From Octopus sinensis (taxonomy: Eukaryota), in assembly GCF_006345805.1 (NCBI RefSeq), contig NC_043000.1, forward strand, positions 39,742,001-39,806,000: 64,000 nt of DNA. The letters run 5' to 3'. The position numbers and the translations under genes were made by a program. Each line of letters begins with the position of its first letter. The stretch's first letter is position 1. Below the pieces are notes generated by a model that searched no databases, was not told the origin of the DNA, and was given only the letters and a program-made list of their open reading frames with translations. Positions 62,005 to 64,000 of this stretch are shown here, piece by piece.

Positions 62005-63230
62005 AAAGTAGCCACCCTCAGCTTCCACCATGATCCCAAGACAGCTCCAGGACCTGACACGTGTCCCTCGCTTTGTCCCTGGAAAAATCTTCAAACACCT
62101 CCTTGATCTTGGCTACAAGGTGAGAATTGATTTACTAACAGAGCAGTCAGTGTCTTTCTAGACTGTGCCTCACAAGTGATAATCCAGGTGATTACAATCA
62201 GGAGAATTAAGAGGTCAAGAATTAGGGCTGGAGAAGTGGTAGAAATTCTCTGACAACCACTTCTGAGTCTTTGTGGAAGTATGGCAAGCAGTGAAATGTT
62301 GCTGCCACACATACAGCCTTCAGGCAGTGTCCTTCTTCAGCAAGGTTTCACCACAGTCTCCAGGTTCACGTCCAGTCTGAATGTAACCTGATTCCATGTT
62401 CAAAGATGTGGTGGTGGCATGACGTCACCCTCACTGTTGACACACCCAGAGATGAGCCTGCTGTATTCCTTCCTGCTGGTCATGACTTTGTAGTCTCTGT
62501 TGCTGCTGTCCATGTCATGTCTTACATCTTTTACAATGTTCAGAAAGCATTGAGAAGCAGTCATAATGTCAGCATCTTTTATGGCCAGTGTGAATCATCA
62601 TCATACAGCTAACTCTCTTCCAATATTCAGATGATTTCCAGTCCTCTCTGTTAGCTAACGCTTTTGAAACTACATCTTTAATCTTTATACTCTCCAAGAA
62701 TATTGACAGTTCACCAATACATAAAGTGTTTTTTTTTTCTGAAAGATGACATAAAATATTGTGAAATTAAGCCTGAGCACACTCTGGACCATTGTTTATA
62801 TTTACAAAATTTCATACCCTGAATTTGTGATGTGTAAATTGTTTGTTCGTTAAAGGCATCAAATAAATGTACCTTTTATATGAATTGTATCTGACAGCTA
62901 AATGTCGTTGGCTCCCTTTGTCTTTCGGTTTATTTTATGTTTAACACTGAAACAGTGTGTTTTCAGAAAAACGAATTTCACTTTCCAAATCAGCATCCAA
63001 AGCAAAATCATCTATAAATAATAATAAAAAAAGAATGATAATTATCATCTCGAAGAGTCACCCATGGATAATAATAACAAAAAAGTATATTCTATAAGAA
63101 ATAACTCAACTTTTAGATCTGCTCTCTCTCTTTCACCATCAGCCTCTCTCTACTAATTACCACACTTTTTATGTTTCTCTCTCTCTCTCTTTCACCTTCA
63201 GCCTCTCTCTACTAATTACCACACTTTTAA

Positions 63231-63280
<50 letters not shown>

Positions 63281-63620
63281 TCTCTCACACATTTCCTTCA
63301 TTTTGTTTTAAACTTTGTCTTCTGGTGTTTGCTTCCATTTTATCACAGCTATCACGTACAAATCTTGTTTTCTGATTTGGAAAAATGACCAAGCTTTAAA
63401 CCTCTGTAACAAGTTTCTAAAATATTTCCGGAATAAATTAATCACAAACTGGGATTCAGAGTGAAAAAAGTACATCAATATTCGAAGTTTGAACATTTTC
63501 AGTTACTTTTGAAATGTTCAAAATCCGTAGGGTAACAGCAGACGCCTCTCTATTTGTCTTACTCTTTCATTTCTTGCTTTCCTAATGGCAAACTGTATAG
63601 TTACCTGTGTGTGTGTATGT
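62005..63620. repeat. Cassette 3'-flank, paralogous to 40927-41600 and partly to 49350-49620
   Basis: AAAGTAGCCACCCTCAGCTTCCACCATG and GATGAGCCTGCTG...GTCATGACTTTGTAGTCTCTG are shared. Confidence 0.7.
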
Positions 63621-64000
63621 ATGTATATATATATATATATATTACTAAAAATAAGGTACTCCGAGACCTGGATAGTTGTACATATACAAATATTTATTAA
63701 CATGTCACGTTTTTACAATTCACATATAAGCACTTTCATCTACTCTAATAGATTCTTCAGATTTAAATTTTGTGAAGGGATTTGTCTCTTTTTATTGTAT
63801 TAGTAAATAGGTTAGGGTGGGGAGAGAGGGGCGAAAGAGTAATGTGGAGTGTATAGGGTAAGAAAAGAGTGAGAGGAATGGGGAGATAGTGAAGGGAGAA
63901 AGTGAGAAAGTGTGTGTGTGAGCCTGTGTATCTGAAAGGAAGTGTTTTGAACAAGAGACAAAGACAAAAGGAAAAGAAGATATATTTTTAAGTAGGTGGC

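Overview
Repeat-dense, AT-rich eukaryotic DNA, very probably octopus (inferred from the tRNA-derived SINE types and the effector-less C2H2 zinc-finger arrays). The left half (2-31 kb) holds four Tx1/L1-clade non-LTR retrotransposons, all with disrupted ORF2, plus SINEs, a hAT/Buster transposase fossil and GA-rich duplicated blocks. The right half (32-64 kb) is a tandem cluster of paralogous C2H2-ZNF cassettes: three ORFs of 14, 11 and 17 fingers and one cassette whose ORF is deleted. The cassettes share a promoter-like motif pair and a short 5'-UTR intron. The main unexplained structure is three different families of minimal type-I hammerhead ribozyme (HHR) motifs, all on the minus strand: 2238-2280, 10210-10254, and one per monomer of a ~560-bp tandem array at 55.2-56.9 kb. 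The two closely related minus-strand Tx1 copies each end ~65-68 nt upstream of a hammerhead cleavage site, in the same orientation, although their host repeats differ. One of them has a 17-bp TSD inside a ~364-nt HHR repeat. This suggests a LINE lineage that targets hammerhead-retrozyme/Penelope-type repeats. It rests on two insertions only. All folds and alignments were done by eye; no searches were run.
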